From positions 3,782,001-3,846,000 of the forward strand of contig CM030337.1 of the NCBI GenBank assembly GCA_017654855.1: DNA of 64,000 bases, written 5' to 3'. How positions within the stretch are numbered: position 1 is the first letter of the stretch; each line of letters starts with the position of its first letter. Shown piece after piece: positions 24,566-36,850 of this stretch. The translations under genes were made by a program, and so were the position numbers. Under the pieces are notes generated by a model. The model was given only the letters and a program-made list of their open reading frames with translations. It was not told the DNA's origin and did not search any database. The stretch comes from Podospora anserina (taxonomy: Eukaryota).

Positions 24566-26991
24566 TCAGGCAGGCAACCCGCGCTTCTCGCTCTCTGTAA
24601 AGAAGATAACCATGCGCCAAAGCTTCTTCACAAGATCTTCCGCGTCTTCATCCAGAGCCTCGCCGAGGGTCTCAACCAGCTCGGCTGGCTTCTGATGTTT
24701 GCGCAAGTGCTCCTCCACCACGTCCACCAGGAACTGCTCTTGCACACCCAGAAACTCAACAACCTTCTTCTCAACAAAAGGCCTCAGCTTATCACGGATG
24801 ATGCCTTCCTCCAAGTAGTCCCACTTGACATCCCAGGCCCACAAGCCTTCCTTGTCGACGGGAATTTCTTGAGCGAGCGCGCGGACAGCATTCGCAATGT
24901 CCTCCTCTGTCATGGCCTTGGTGTCGGTGATGGGCTCAAACTTGATGGGTATAAGGGTGCGCTTCGTAGTCTTGTCTTGCTCGTCATCGTCCAACAAGCC
25001 CTCCACCTCGGCAACAGTGCGCCGTGTAGTGGCAGCGCGCTGGGCAACCTTTTGAGCAGCAGCACCGAAAGAAATGGTAACTTTCTGCGGTGCTGCAGGG
25101 GCGGCCGCAGGGGCAGCAGGGCGATGGGCAGTCATCGCCTCAGCTTGGCGCTCGAGGAAGGAGTCAGCCATATCCCTGGCATGCTCCATATCGGCCTCAG
25201 CCTTGCGCAGCTCTTCCTGTTCCTGTCTTCGGTCCATCTCGTCGCGTGCCGCCTCCTGATTGTGGAACGCGGTCCGATCTCGGATCCATTGACTGTGATC
25301 GCGGTAGTAGAGGTGGACCTTGCGCGATGCTTCCCTCTCGTCATCCCAGTTTTTTTCCTTATCCAACTGATCCTCTTTCCTCCTAGCAAAACCTTCTGTC
25401 TCAACCCTCTCACGCTCACGTTCTCTCTCCAAGGCAGCGGCGCGTTGTCGCTCACGATTAACCCACTTCCGCTCCGCCTCCAAGTAAGCTTTATCCTCCT
25501 CTGCGCGCTGCTTGGAAAGCTCGCGCTCGTAGAGCTCTTCGTCGTCGGCATCTGTATCGTCGTCATCTCGAAATTGCGGCCCGTGACCATTAGTGGTGCC
25601 TCCGTTCACAAAGTCAATGCCCCGGTTTTGCCCTCTAGGACCTGACGGCGCATTGGGTACACCACGTGGGCCAAGAGGAATGCTGTTGGAGTTGGCACCT
25701 GGCGGAGGAGAGTCAAGTCGAGATTTCCTCGGCGCGCCATTACGTTGCCTCTCTTGCTCCTCAAACTCTTCTTCTCTTCGAAGCCGTTCCAGATCGCGAC
25801 GATTGCTCCGATCTCGGAAGGCAGCGATTTCGGCGGCAACTGTAGCTCGCATTTCAGCAGGAATATCGGCGAGGTCATCCTCGGGCGCAATAGGGATATT
25901 GATCACTTCAATATTGTCGCCAATCCCATTCATGCCATTGCCCATGGCGGTATCTCCTTCAGCATCCCTGTCACCGCCAGCTCTGGGGTAGAACAGGTTC
26001 CGAATGAAATGTTTGAGAGATTGCCGAGCCTCGTACAACCTCGCGTCGTAGTTGGAGTCATCAGGGAGTGCTTCCTTCCAAGACTCAATGTACCTTTCGG
26101 TACTGGAGTCTACCACAACCTGCAACTTGACTTTCTCAATGTCCTCGAATTTGTCGTCTTCGTCGGCGGGAGGGTTCTCGATCGGCGCTTGTTTCTTCAC
26201 GGGTACCTCGACGTCTTTGAGTAACTCGACTGCGAGGGCAAGTGATTCAGGGTCTTCGTACTGAGCAAAACCAAACAAGTCCCCCTTGTGCTCTGACAGA
26301 TGGGACTGAGCCGAGCCCCATCTTTGCACCCTGCCAACTGCGTTCAACAGCTTTTGAATTCCCTCTTCGCCGCCCACGCCACTCGGAATCTTATGCACGA
26401 ATATTGTTCGCAGTCGCTCCTCGGGGGTGGGTGGTACTAGTGACTGTATATTCTCTCTCATCTGCGCCCGGGACTGGTCGTGCCTGTCTGAACCAAGACC
26501 AAGTCTGGCTGATGTGGGGGTATGAGAATCTCTTCGATCGGTCAGAGAGGCGCCAGGCTTGAGAGGCGGGACGGTGGGGCCGAGGCGAATCACCGGAGCG
26601 TTGAAGTTGATGTTGGGAAGATTGGGCGGTGGTTGAAAGGATGCAGGCAGGCCGCTTGGTCGATTAGCTTGAGCAGAGAGACTAGACTGCTGGACACCCG
26701 GGGGTGGTGCCATTCCAGGGGCAGAGGACATGCCTGGAGGGGGCCCTGGAGTAGATCGGTTAGCAACAGCGGAACATGAGGCTGAGGGACGACAGCATAC
26801 CTAGACCGGGAGGTGGTGCCATTCCAGGAGCATGAGTAGCGCCCGGGAAGGCAGCATAGCTGGGAGGAGCGCCATAAGGCGGGGCTATAGAGTAAGAAGT
26901 GTCAGCATCAGCTACCAAGAACGAGGCTGCGATGAAAGTTAAGGATCGCGGCGAGCAAGGCTGACCCACCTCCATAAGGATTGTATGCCAT
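24566..26991 (-). CDS. RBM25: U1 snRNP-associated RRM/PWI protein (RBM25/Usp107/Snu71 family)
   Basis: Pro/Gly-rich N-terminus (MAYNPYG..., two 5' introns), RRM-like TIFVHKIP...FGFAQYED, ER-rich coiled coil, C-terminal PWI LRPFVEKKVVEFLGVQE...LVKKLWRMVIF. Confidence 0.85.
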
Positions 26992-27636
26992 CGCCGAGAC
27001 GTGGCAGCGGGGTTGATATGAATGAAGCTGTGGTCTCGAGAGGTGTTCCTTGGATAATATTCTGGCTTGGCGCGACAATCGTGGGGTATTGTGATGGGAG
27101 CGTGGTGAATGATGCAGAGGTCAAATTTGTTGTCTTGACAGCGACTGGCAAAAGTTCAACTCCAACGACCGACACAGCTAAGTGCACGGTCCATCGCCAT
27201 GGCGGTACTTGGTACTTCTGGCCCACCTTTGCAGTGTCACAGCCACGTGACTTGGCAGTGAATGAAGTCAAGAATACCTCAATGGTTGCTCCAAAACTCC
27301 ATTATCAAGAATATAAACGTCCTTCTGGATAGCTATCAAGATCTGAAAGCCAGTCAGGGAAGCATGTTTGAGGTGTGCTGCCTCTAGTAGGCTCTGACAT
27401 GCAAAGTGGGAGAAGCACCAGCCACACATCAAACAACGACACCAGCCACAGCTACCAACCAATTCGGAGATAGCCGTGCCGAGCGCGCGACTTCAAGAAA
27501 ATAATTCGAAACCTTTGACAGTCCTGAGCACCTCAACGGCAGCGCCGCGGATATCCGTGATCAATTGCGTACGCTCTCTCTCTGTTGGATCCCTGCTTCG
27601 TCTGCCATAGATACTGACATTCCCTCCCTCAGAATC

Positions 27637-28362
27637 ATGGACTTCCGCCCACTCGCCCAGATCTGCCGCACGGCAACATCATCATCAACCAAACCATCAC
27701 CCCTCCTCCTCAACCTCACCCAAACCTCTCACTTCTCCACCGCCCGAGTGCTCCGTCAAGAAGCCACCGCTGCCGCCCCTTCACCATCCACCACCACCAC
27801 CACCACCACTACCTCCCGCCCCCAACAAAAAATCCTCGGCCTCGCCTCCAAACTCAACCGCACCCCCGCCCCTAGACCACCCCCCCTCAAAGTCGACCCC
27901 TTGTTCGGTCCCTCCTCTTCCTCCTCCACCGGCTCCCTCTCCACCTCCCGCTCCAGCCTCTTTAACCGCACCGTCGGCAAAAAGGAAACTCAAGTCTTCT
28001 CCGCCATCATCAACCGCGACGCCAAAGAGTCCCTCAGCAAAGAATCCAGCGGCACCCTCTCCAACCTGACCACCGCCTTGTTCATGACAAACGCCGGCCT
28101 CCAAACCCCCGACATCCGTCTCCGTCCTACCAGCGGCCGTACCGTCCCCGTCAAGAGCAACGATCCCGCCAGAGCGTTCAAGGTGCTCAACGCGCTGTGC
28201 AGACACAATAACTTGTCGAACACGGTCAGGGAGCAGAGGTTCCATGAGCGGCCGGCGCTCAAGAGGAAGAGGAAGCTGAGGGAGAGGTGGAGGACGAGGT
28301 TTAAGGATGGGTTTGTGGCGGTTATCGACCGGACGATGGAGTTGAGGAAGCAGGGGTGGTAA
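27637..28362 (+). CDS. MRP21: Mitochondrial ribosomal protein bS21m
   Basis: Basic, Ser/Thr-rich presequence. S21 motif AFKVLNALC...QRFHERPALKRKRKLRERWRTRFK...RKQGW. Confidence 0.88.
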   Translation: MDFRPLAQICRTATSSSTKPSPLLLNLTQTSHFSTARVLRQEATAAAPSPSTTTTTTTTSRPQQKILGLASKLNRTPAPRPPPLKVDPLFGPSSSSSTGSLSTSRSSLFNRTVGKKETQVFSAIINRDAKESLSKESSGTLSNLTTALFMTNAGLQTPDIRLRPTSGRTVPVKSNDPARAFKVLNALCRHNNLSNTVREQRFHERPALKRKRKLRERWRTRFKDGFVAVIDRTMELRKQGW

Positions 28363-28580
28363 GGGCAGGACTGAAGGAAAGGGTGGGTAGGGAGGGGTGT
28401 AGATCTTGTAACAACAATAATCACGAGAGGTCACAAAAATAGACTGTGTTTGGTATTTTTCTTTCTGGTATTATGTATCATCTGCCTTGGCCTTTCGCTG
28501 CCCATCTTGGGAGGTGTATACAAACTGCAAGATATGCAAACTGCAAACCTCAAAAAACAACATCCATCCCATCGCTATAC

Positions 28581-30977
28581 CTAAAAATCACTCACAGCAC
28601 AATTCCTTCCCCTCATTACCGGCGTGCCCACCGGACTCGTCGCAATCTTCGGTCTGCTCATAAACACCGCCTCATAATCATCCTCCTTCCCCTCATTAAT
28701 CAACTCCTCGGCAATCAACAGCGTGGTGTTTCCCTCATCCTGATAACTATCCTCTCCTTCCTCATCCAACGAAGAAAAATATGCACTCCTCGGTCTTCCT
28801 CCCTGATTCTGGGGAGTGGCGGGCGCCGCTTTGGCCTGCCGGAGGGATCTCCTCCGCTCAATCTGAGCCTTTTGCTTGACGGCTTCAAAGTTGGCCATGG
28901 AGCGGCGGGTGCGGGAAACGAGGTCTTCGTAGCCGTTTGTGCCTGTCGGTGGGGAGGGGGGGGTGATAGAAGGAGGTTGGGGTTGCTTTTGTGGTTCGGG
29001 GGCCGGGGAGTCGAGGAGCAGGTCGTCGTCTTCGGCGGAGACACGCAGGTTGGCGTGGGAGGTGCGCCGGGCCATGGAGAGGCGGGTTCGTTCGGCTAGG
29101 GAGAGGGTGTGCCTGCTTCGCTTGATCGGGGAGGGGGAGGCGTTGCTGACGGAGGCGAGGATTTGGTCGGCCATTTCCTGGGTTGGAGATGGCAACTCTT
29201 CTGGCGAGGGAAGTTCGGGGGAGAGTTGTGGCGCAGGTAAAACGGTATTCCGTGTTGGGGTTAGGACCGGCTTGGGTGGTGAACTGAGACGCCTTCGTGG
29301 GCTCTGAGTGGGTGTGGGTGTCTGGGTAGGTTCCCGTCTTCTTGGTGATGGTGTATTCGATTTGATGGTGGCTGACCGGCGGAGAGCGTGACGGGAGGGT
29401 GTTGTTGGGATTTCATTCACGTCAATTTCATCGTGGTAAAACGACTGTGCCTTTCGAAGAACCGGCTCAAACACCGGCTCAAGCTTGATCGGGTCCCGGC
29501 GCGGAGGTGATGGGCGGACCGCGATTGGCGTTGGCTCATGGTCGCTAATGTCTGAGATCTCCTCGCTCTCGGACTCGACAACGCCGTCCAAATCTAATGG
29601 CGGGACTGCCGTGGGCGCTTGTTGGAAGAAGGATGGAATGTGGGGCGCGCTGGGAGTAATGCCATCCAACTCGGCCTTGAGATTCGAAATCAACTTCTCG
29701 TACTCGTGATCGAAATCGCTCGCCCTGCTTGAGGCCAGCTTCTTTGTGCTTGCCCGTCCGATATGGAGGGTCTCGTGTCCTCGAAATCCAAGATCAATAC
29801 CCCTTGGTCGTTCCTGTGCTCCAGCCTGTCGTGTGGTAGACCCTGATGCGGTGTCCCCAAACATCCTCTGGCGGAAGCCCTGCCACCTTTCCAGCCTCTC
29901 CCTCTGGCTTCTAACACGGTCGTCGAGCTGTTCCAGCAACCCAGGCTCTTTTTCGTCCAGCTCAGCCAACCGATCAGATTGAACCCTCCTCCAAACCCTG
30001 TCAAAGGGCGCTGACAAGACTCCATCTCTCTGGGCTTGGCTGTCCCCATGCAGGAGCGTCTCCATCCAGCGCTCGCTTCCCGTCCAGTTGTTCCTAACAG
30101 TCTTCCATACATCTCGTCTGGTCTGTTCAGGCACTCCTTCCTCACCGTCGTCGTCTTGGTCTTGCTGTTGCCTCCGCCTGCGTGCAATGCCTCGTTCTTT
30201 GTCTGCCAATAATTCGGCAAAGCTGTTGAATCTCTTTCTCAATGCATTCTTTTCGTCCAATGTTCTTTGCAAAGAGACCCTATGCGCCAGGACCAACACC
30301 GTCAGCTCTGTCTTGTCCCCAGAATAGCCCATATTCTCCAGCGCCAGTGCTTGAGCCAGTGGTGGACTCATTGGGTCGCGCGAGTTGAGCTGCCTCTCCG
30401 CGACGACTTTCTTCAAGACGACCGACGAGAATACCGCCAAGACCTCTTCCAGCCTCTCGCCCTTGCACTCGTCCAGCATCGTCTTGCGCACCACGGCATC
30501 TCTTCCCAGGACCCCATTCTTCTTGGCTTGTTCCAATTGTCTCAGCAAGGCGGCGCGCAGGTTCAGCGACTGAACCTGGTCGTTCGGAGGGAAGAATGGA
30601 AGCAATTTATTTCTTGTTTCGTCCCTGTCGTAGAGAGCGAAGAGGTGGTACAGGGCCCATTCGACGCATTGGATGCGCTTCTTCTGTCCGCCGGCATCTT
30701 TGGTGTTGAATGTCGAGGGAGAGATACCGGGCCAGTCAGGCGAGAGGTCTAGGTCGAGGAGGCGGAGGTTCGTCAGAAACAGCGAGACGTTGGAGATGGA
30801 GGTCGGTGAAGCGACAACGGGCAACGAGGCTGATGGGTGCTGGGGCGGCGGGGCAGCTGGGGCAGTCCCACGGATTGAGTTCAAGGTCGTCGAGGGAGGC
30901 GGTTTGCTAAGATGGGAGGGCGCACGGGTCGAGCGAGTGCAGGTGGCAATGGATGTGGTCGAGGTAAGGTTCGCCAT
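28581..30977 (-). CDS. aug6: HAUS augmin-like complex subunit 6
   Basis: LFLTNLRLLDLD, RIQCVEWALYHLF, PFFPP..QSLNLRAALL, RKTMLDECKGERLEEVL match the HAUS6 N-terminal domain. Pro/Ser-rich tail. ATG at 30977. Confidence 0.85.
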   Translation of the reverse strand: MANLTSTTSIATCTRSTRAPSHLSKPPPSTTLNSIRGTAPAAPPPQHPSASLPVVASPTSISNVSLFLTNLRLLDLDLSPDWPGISPSTFNTKDAGGQKKRIQCVEWALYHLFALYDRDETRNKLLPFFPPNDQVQSLNLRAALLRQLEQAKKNGVLGRDAVVRKTMLDECKGERLEEVLAVFSSVVLKKVVAERQLNSRDPMSPPLAQALALENMGYSGDKTELTVLVLAHRVSLQRTLDEKNALRKRFNSFAELLADKERGIARRRRQQQDQDDDGEEGVPEQTRRDVWKTVRNNWTGSERWMETLLHGDSQAQRDGVLSAPFDRVWRRVQSDRLAELDEKEPGLLEQLDDRVRSQRERLERWQGFRQRMFGDTASGSTTRQAGAQERPRGIDLGFRGHETLHIGRASTKKLASSRASDFDHEYEKLISNLKAELDGITPSAPHIPSFFQQAPTAVPPLDLDGVVESESEEISDISDHEPTPIAVRPSPPRRDPIKLEPVFEPVLRKAQSFYHDEIDVNEIPTTPSRHALRRSATIKSNTPSPRRREPTQTPTPTQSPRRRLSSPPKPVLTPTRNTVLPAPQLSPELPSPEELPSPTQEMADQILASVSNASPSPIKRSRHTLSLAERTRLSMARRTSHANLRVSAEDDDLLLDSPAPEPQKQPQPPSITPPSPPTGTNGYEDLVSRTRRSMANFEAVKQKAQIERRRSLRQAKAAPATPQNQGGRPRSAYFSSLDEEGEDSYQDEGNTTLLIAEELINEGKEDDYEAVFMSRPKIATSPVGTPVMRGRNCAVSDF

Positions 30978-31965
30978 GGCTGGAGCATCTTCTTCTCTAA
31001 CACCAACTTTGCAAGATTCCGGGTTCGCTGATGACTGGGCTAGTCCAGTCAGTGAATTGGGGACTGCGCAACCAGTCGCAAACAGAGGAAAACGAGTGAC
31101 GGTTCCAAAGCGTCGTCTGGGAAAGAGAGACAGGGCAAACTTCAGGCGGTCAAGAGGCAGAACAGCTGGCAATTGCACACACACAATGGACACACGTGGA
31201 CGGCGCATTCGGCAACACCAAAGCTCCCTCGATCATGCACGTTGCGGGTGGTAAACAATCCAAGTGGGGCCGCTCGAGTCGCATGCGCTAGCCAACAGCA
31301 CTGCCAGCGGTTGGCCCCGTTGCCAGGGGCATTCAGGGTTAGGGTACATGATCAGTCATGCTTCCAACCTGCTCTGTCTCAACATGCATCAACATTCACA
31401 GGGCCCAAGTTGGCCATTTGTTCGGCCAGATATTTGAACCTACTTGAGTTCCGGCTACTTGAGCTCAAGTTTCGAGTGGGGTTCCTTGGATTCAACGCCT
31501 CCCCATCACCAAGAGGACGATGGACCAACAAAGTCATTTACGAATAACAGGGGATGAGGCCTGCTTAATAATACCTAATGCAATGTCTTATTGTACTTGG
31601 TGGTTTCTATAAACCCCTCAGGGTTCTTTCCTGGCCCTCTTGCGTCATCGTCCTCTCCGTTGCCATTGATACCTGAGGACCAAGGCGTTGGACGCTGAAT
31701 AGGGGCCTTTTGTTTATTGTTCACATTGTTCAGGCAGCGTCCTTTTCACAATGACCATGAAGCAGAGCTCGCCGCCGAGAATTCGCTGCACTACACTCCG
31801 CCCTTCTCCTTCATATCTCTTCCGATTTTCGCCAAAAATCACAACAACCATCAACAGGTCACCCCAGTTCCATGAACCAGTAAACCTCTCTCTTGTTGTA
31901 TCTTCAGACTCAGCGACTGACAGTTCTCGCATAGTTTCGTGACTTACATTGTGTGAACAAGAGCC

Positions 31966-34803
31966 ATGGCCGCTCGCCACGACTATCTCGCCTACAAGCA
32001 CGACACCAGCTTGCTTCTTCGCTGGATGATACAGACCTCCAACAACATCATCAAAGCACGCAAGGCTGAAATTGCCGAACTCCAGTCGCACGAACTCAAC
32101 AAGACGGGTAAAATTAGGGTCGATGGGATCGTCCGGTTGTGCCGACTCATTGCCAAGCATGTCACCAACGTCTCACCATCAATTTACCGACTCTTTCAGT
32201 CCATAATTGATGCCCGGACCGCCAGTTATTCAATGTTCCAGAGGGTCGCGATCCAGACTCAAGACAAAAATGTTGAGAAATGCAATTCTACCCACAAGTT
32301 CTTCATCGACACCCTCGTAGCGGTCTTGGAGGCCCTCGGGAGTACGCCTTCGAAGCCGGGGGCATGCCAGAATGCGGATCATGGTACTTCATCAGTTAGC
32401 AAAGAGGAGGTGGAGCAGCTCATCTCCGTCAACAGATTTGTCCCTCTCCAGAATGGCGAGTTAGATGGGTCTAGCGACAAGGAGGTCCCACAACAGTCAT
32501 CGACGACCCAACCACGCAAACAAGCCCGTCCTGGTAGAGCAAAGAAGGGCAAGAAAGGCAAGAAGCACAACCACAAACGCCCAGAGCCTTCCATCTCAGA
32601 AGGAGATCCCGTCAATCTTTCACTGGAGGATTACAAGCTCATTGAAGAAAACGTTTCGGAATGGGGGTACATGTGGGCTGCATCCGATTTGGCCCGAAAC
32701 TGGATACAGCTTCGCGCTCTCTTCAAGAGGTTTGGCGAAATGTCGCATACAACCACCTCAACATTGCTATTGGCGGCACGCTCTCCAACTCCGCCATTGC
32801 CATGATCCAACGACGTTCAAGAGCGATATTTGTTAATTTTCCCGACCATGATTCATATGGCAGCATCATGAACGTAGTCACCTGGGGGTTGCCTTATGAG
32901 TTGCAAGGCAAAATGTTATCACACTTGTGGTCGTTGCCCCAATTCCGACCAGACAACTTTACGCCTTCCAAAGAGATATGTGTTGATGCCAAAGAGCAGT
33001 TGATGGCCTATTCCTACAACTATCTCGTCGAATTCATCACTGATTTCCAACACACTCGCTCTGGCAAGCCAACCAAGCGCATGCTCGCGGAACTCAACAG
33101 CTGGGACCCCAACCTCAGCCTCCAGACGGCGACAAAAGAGGAGTGCCTGCTGTGGCGAAGGAGCTACACGATCAATTGGCTGTATGAGATGGTAAATACG
33201 GTTTCAATGTCACATCCTCAACACCGAAAGGTCCTTGGGCTTCAGGAGTTCTCAGCCTTCGTCACCCTCGCTATGCAAAACCCAGGAACCCACTTTCGCC
33301 ACAAGATCCTCCCTCATCATGTGTTTCAGCTGCAGCTGATCATGGACTCCTTGACCATATCCCGAGGATGGGCCCAAAGTTTTCTTGGAGGGGATACGCC
33401 AGCATCACCAGCGGACTCAATCGATCCGCAACATGTCATCAAGGACGAGTTCCTGAATACTAAGCGTTACGGGACAGCACTGTTCCACGATATGATGCAG
33501 ATATGGAATATAGAGAGCCCTGAGGAAAGGCAAGCATTTGATCCCAAGCTCCAAAAAGAAGCATCGATTTTGGATGACTTGATAGAAGGTCTCCATGGGT
33601 TTCTTGGACAGTCCAAGCACGCCAATGGATCAACTATAGCTCATTACACGATTTATCCAAACACTTGAAAACGGACTTTGGGCCTACTCGCCCTTTCTTT
33701 GCGGTGTCGGCTTAAGTGAAGGACTGGAACTGACTTACCGAGTCATAATGGGACTTTGGGACCGGAGTCCAGGACCCATCGTTCTTGTCCATCTGCACAA
33801 CATAGTGTGCCGAAAAGGCTATCTCAAAGAGCCCCTGGATACGCTCCGTCTGGTGGAGTCTCAGTTTGCGCGATGCCTGTTTCCTGATGGCAAGGCCCTG
33901 ACTTTCCACTTTCACAGGGCGCTGCAGCGGATGGTCCAACAGTTCGCCACACACGATTCCCTCCGTGTTGAATGCTTGAAGGCACACCACCAAAGGCTGC
34001 TGAGCCAATGGCCGAACGAAGATATTGATCTTCATGCACAGCTTGACGGTGGGGCTTGTAAAATCTCCAACGAGAAATCGGATTTGGTGCTGTACAGAGA
34101 GGCGAAATGGGATCTTGATCGCATCCATGATCGGGATCTCAAACTGCATTCGCTCCTCTCAAGAGCGCGGCTGTATCGCATGAACAGAGTTCTGGATCCA
34201 TCCACCGGGTAGCAGCGGCTCCGTGATACTGAGCTGAAGAGACGACTCAGCCACATTGGCATGAGTGAGGAGGAAGTTGCTCATTTCGTCCCCGAAACTG
34301 TCGTGCCAGCCAAAGTTGACCGAAGCATGAGCAATGCCAGTCGTCACACTGACGATTACCAGGCCAACACACTATCCAACGAGGACTTATTGGAAATTGT
34401 GCATGTGGATATCACCAATGATCTCTTGAGCACTCAGCCTTTCTCGGGCTTGAATTACCTTGCAGTACATGTATCATGCTATTTGTTGTTTAGGGAAATC
34501 TACACGACACTCAACGAAAGGCGGAACAAAACGTGGATGGCGGTCAAGAGTTCTTGGAGGCCAGGTAGCGAGAGACTCGCATTGTCGCTGGCTTTCAGGG
34601 TGTTGAAGATGGGGGATCGGGATGAAGAGTGTCTATAAATCATAGCTGAGGCATTCGACCCTTGTCGCAACAGGGCCAGTCCTAGAGCGCATATTTACTG
34701 GGATCACCTCCTTCTTGCTGATGAGGAGGGTGAGCCGAAGAAAGGCCAATTGAATGCCGATGGAGATGGCTTGATTGATAATGGTGCCTGTTGTGTCATG
34801 TAA
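31966..34803 (+). pseudogene. Disrupted DUF6604-like gene ending in a CaaX motif
   Basis: Starts YLAYKHDTSLLLRWMIQTSN. Frameshifts at about 32715-32722 and 33637-33666, and in-frame stops TAG 34210-34212 and TAA 34636-34638. The reading continues to HIYWD...GACCVM* at 34803. Confidence 0.75.
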
Positions 34804-35449
34804 TATGGATCGACATCGCATCAAGAGGTAGAGGGGAAATAATGGGCAAGGATTCACCCTAAACCCTATTATGATCCCATAGACCTTCCACCAAACCTCT
34901 TTAATCCTCACAACACCCCTTTCTCTAACGACAACTCCATAAAAGCAACTCCTGTCATCCGCTTGTCAGCCTCAATCTTCCCAAGCAACATACCCCGATT
35001 AATCACCCCCCTACCTAAACAGCCCCCATAAAAACACACAAATCCGAAATCAGGCTCGGGCAAGGAAGTAAACTGCCCCAAAAAGGAAGATAAGCCACAT
35101 ACCGAAAGTCAGTCTCATCAATCGGCACCGGGCACAATGATCTTCTATTCTTGCATCCTCTACCAAGCGACACATTTTACGGTACAGTCAATGTCATAAA
35201 CCCACAAAATCCTTGTCTTTTGTAAGCTAACAAGGTGGGTATGGATGATTCAAGACAAAAGCCAAACAAAACAAAAACCCCTTTTACCCCTGACAGGCTG
35301 GGTGTGGGCCCCACTTTTCACTGACCATCACCTTAACTTACATGTAAGGTACAATAAACTCCTCCCGATACTACAACATTCTTCCAACCGAGTTCCCTTG
35401 CACCGTTCCCATTTCTTTCAATCGACATTGGGCTTTTCAGGGTTCTAAA

Positions 35450-36850
35450 GATTGGTCCTTTGTGGGGAGATAAACCCCTTGCCTTGGCCCGTGGCCAAGG
35501 ACGTCTTTCTGGTACGACACTCTGTCCTCCTAGGAATTATTCGTCCAAGAAATTTCCTCAGAAGAGGAGGGAAAGGCTCCAGAAGGCTTCATGGCATAGG
35601 GTTCAACCATCCGCCAGTGTCGGCCCATGACCAACTCGTAAAATGACTCGAATGGTGCCAGTCTCGTGATGAAGTATGGTTCTTCGTTTGATGTAGCAAC
35701 CGACGATCGTTCGTTCACCGGGGTCGGCTCATCCATCGAGTCATTGCTCGTTCACGGGGTTTGCTTATTGAGGAGGGTCGTGACTGGTACTTCCTCGGGC
35801 AATGTTTGCTCGGCCAGTGTTGTGGACGGCAATTTATGATATGCCCACAGTCTTGCAGCTGGTTCGGCGCTGGCGTTGTTGTTCCAGTAATTATTGTTCC
35901 AGTGGTTACCGTCATCATAACTTGGCGCAGGATCATGGAGAGGCCACATCGCGGCGCTCACCCTATCCACCCCATGCCAGAACCGGTTCCGCCAACTCTA
36001 TACCCCCCCTCCTTTTCCCACTCCTAGCTTGGATTCCTCTGACCAAAAGAGCAAGGGTCTCACCCAAAGCCACACACAACCCCGTCCCTCATCTCGTCAA
36101 GTCCATCCCAGATCTGTGTACCCCGGTGGAAGAAGCTCCAGATAGCCTCAGCCTGGCAGCGATAACTCCCAAATCTCACCACAATTTTCCTAATCGGCAA
36201 CTTTCTCCGTGGTTGAACCCCCAAGGCTGACTTTCCTCCCAAGCCTCCACCTACCCAGCTCCTACACCGGCGGCTAAACAACCGTGCCAGCCATCTATTA
36301 TTGACTTTTCGGACCGTCCCCAATAAACACCAAAACCCTGTCATGTCTCAGTTCACCAGTTGTAGCTCCGTCAAAAACATCCGTAGGAATCTCATAAACC
36401 GGATTCCGATTCCTGGTGACCATAATCCGCCCATCCCCAACCAACGCCCGGGGCCCGTCGGCCAACACCTGCATTCTAGTGTCCTGATTCACAAGCGCAC
36501 TCCCCCTTGCTGGCGAGATCCTGCATCAGTGATTGAAGAAGCGGCTTGCGCTTTTCCGGTCGAAAAAGGTTAGCTTCGCCGCCGAGGTGCTGTGGCCGTG
36601 TCAGGGCGCGGGAGCGGGAGCGGGAGCGAGCGAAGGCGCGGCGCTGGTGTTGTCGAGCCAGAACGACATGGTGAGCTCGATTCTTGATTTGCATTGTCTT
36701 TGTTCGCAAGCGGTTATCCAGGGCGGGATGCCTAGATGGGTCTGAAAGCTTGCGCTGCAACGACTGAAGATACAAGTGAAGCAAAAGTTCGGAGGGAAAT
36801 GCCGGCGGTGGTGTCTTGATATAGGCCTTGATTGGGGATCGGACTTTCAA
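35450..36850 (-). pseudogene. Degenerate coding relic, possibly 2EXR-like
   Basis: A chain of same-strand ORF fragments (36476-36850, 36298-36492, 36060-36344, 35752-35970, 35530-35736). The last two are in frame across a TGA. Motif remnants FPSELLLHLY and CACESG. Confidence 0.3.

Noticed and set aside
24287-25645. 452-aa plus-strand ORF
   Set aside because: Antisense shadow of the RBM25-like gene.
34210-34212. In-frame TAG as a possible A-to-I editing-restored stop
   Set aside because: The same gene has two frameshifts and a TAA. Editing cannot repair frameshifts, so pseudogene is simpler.
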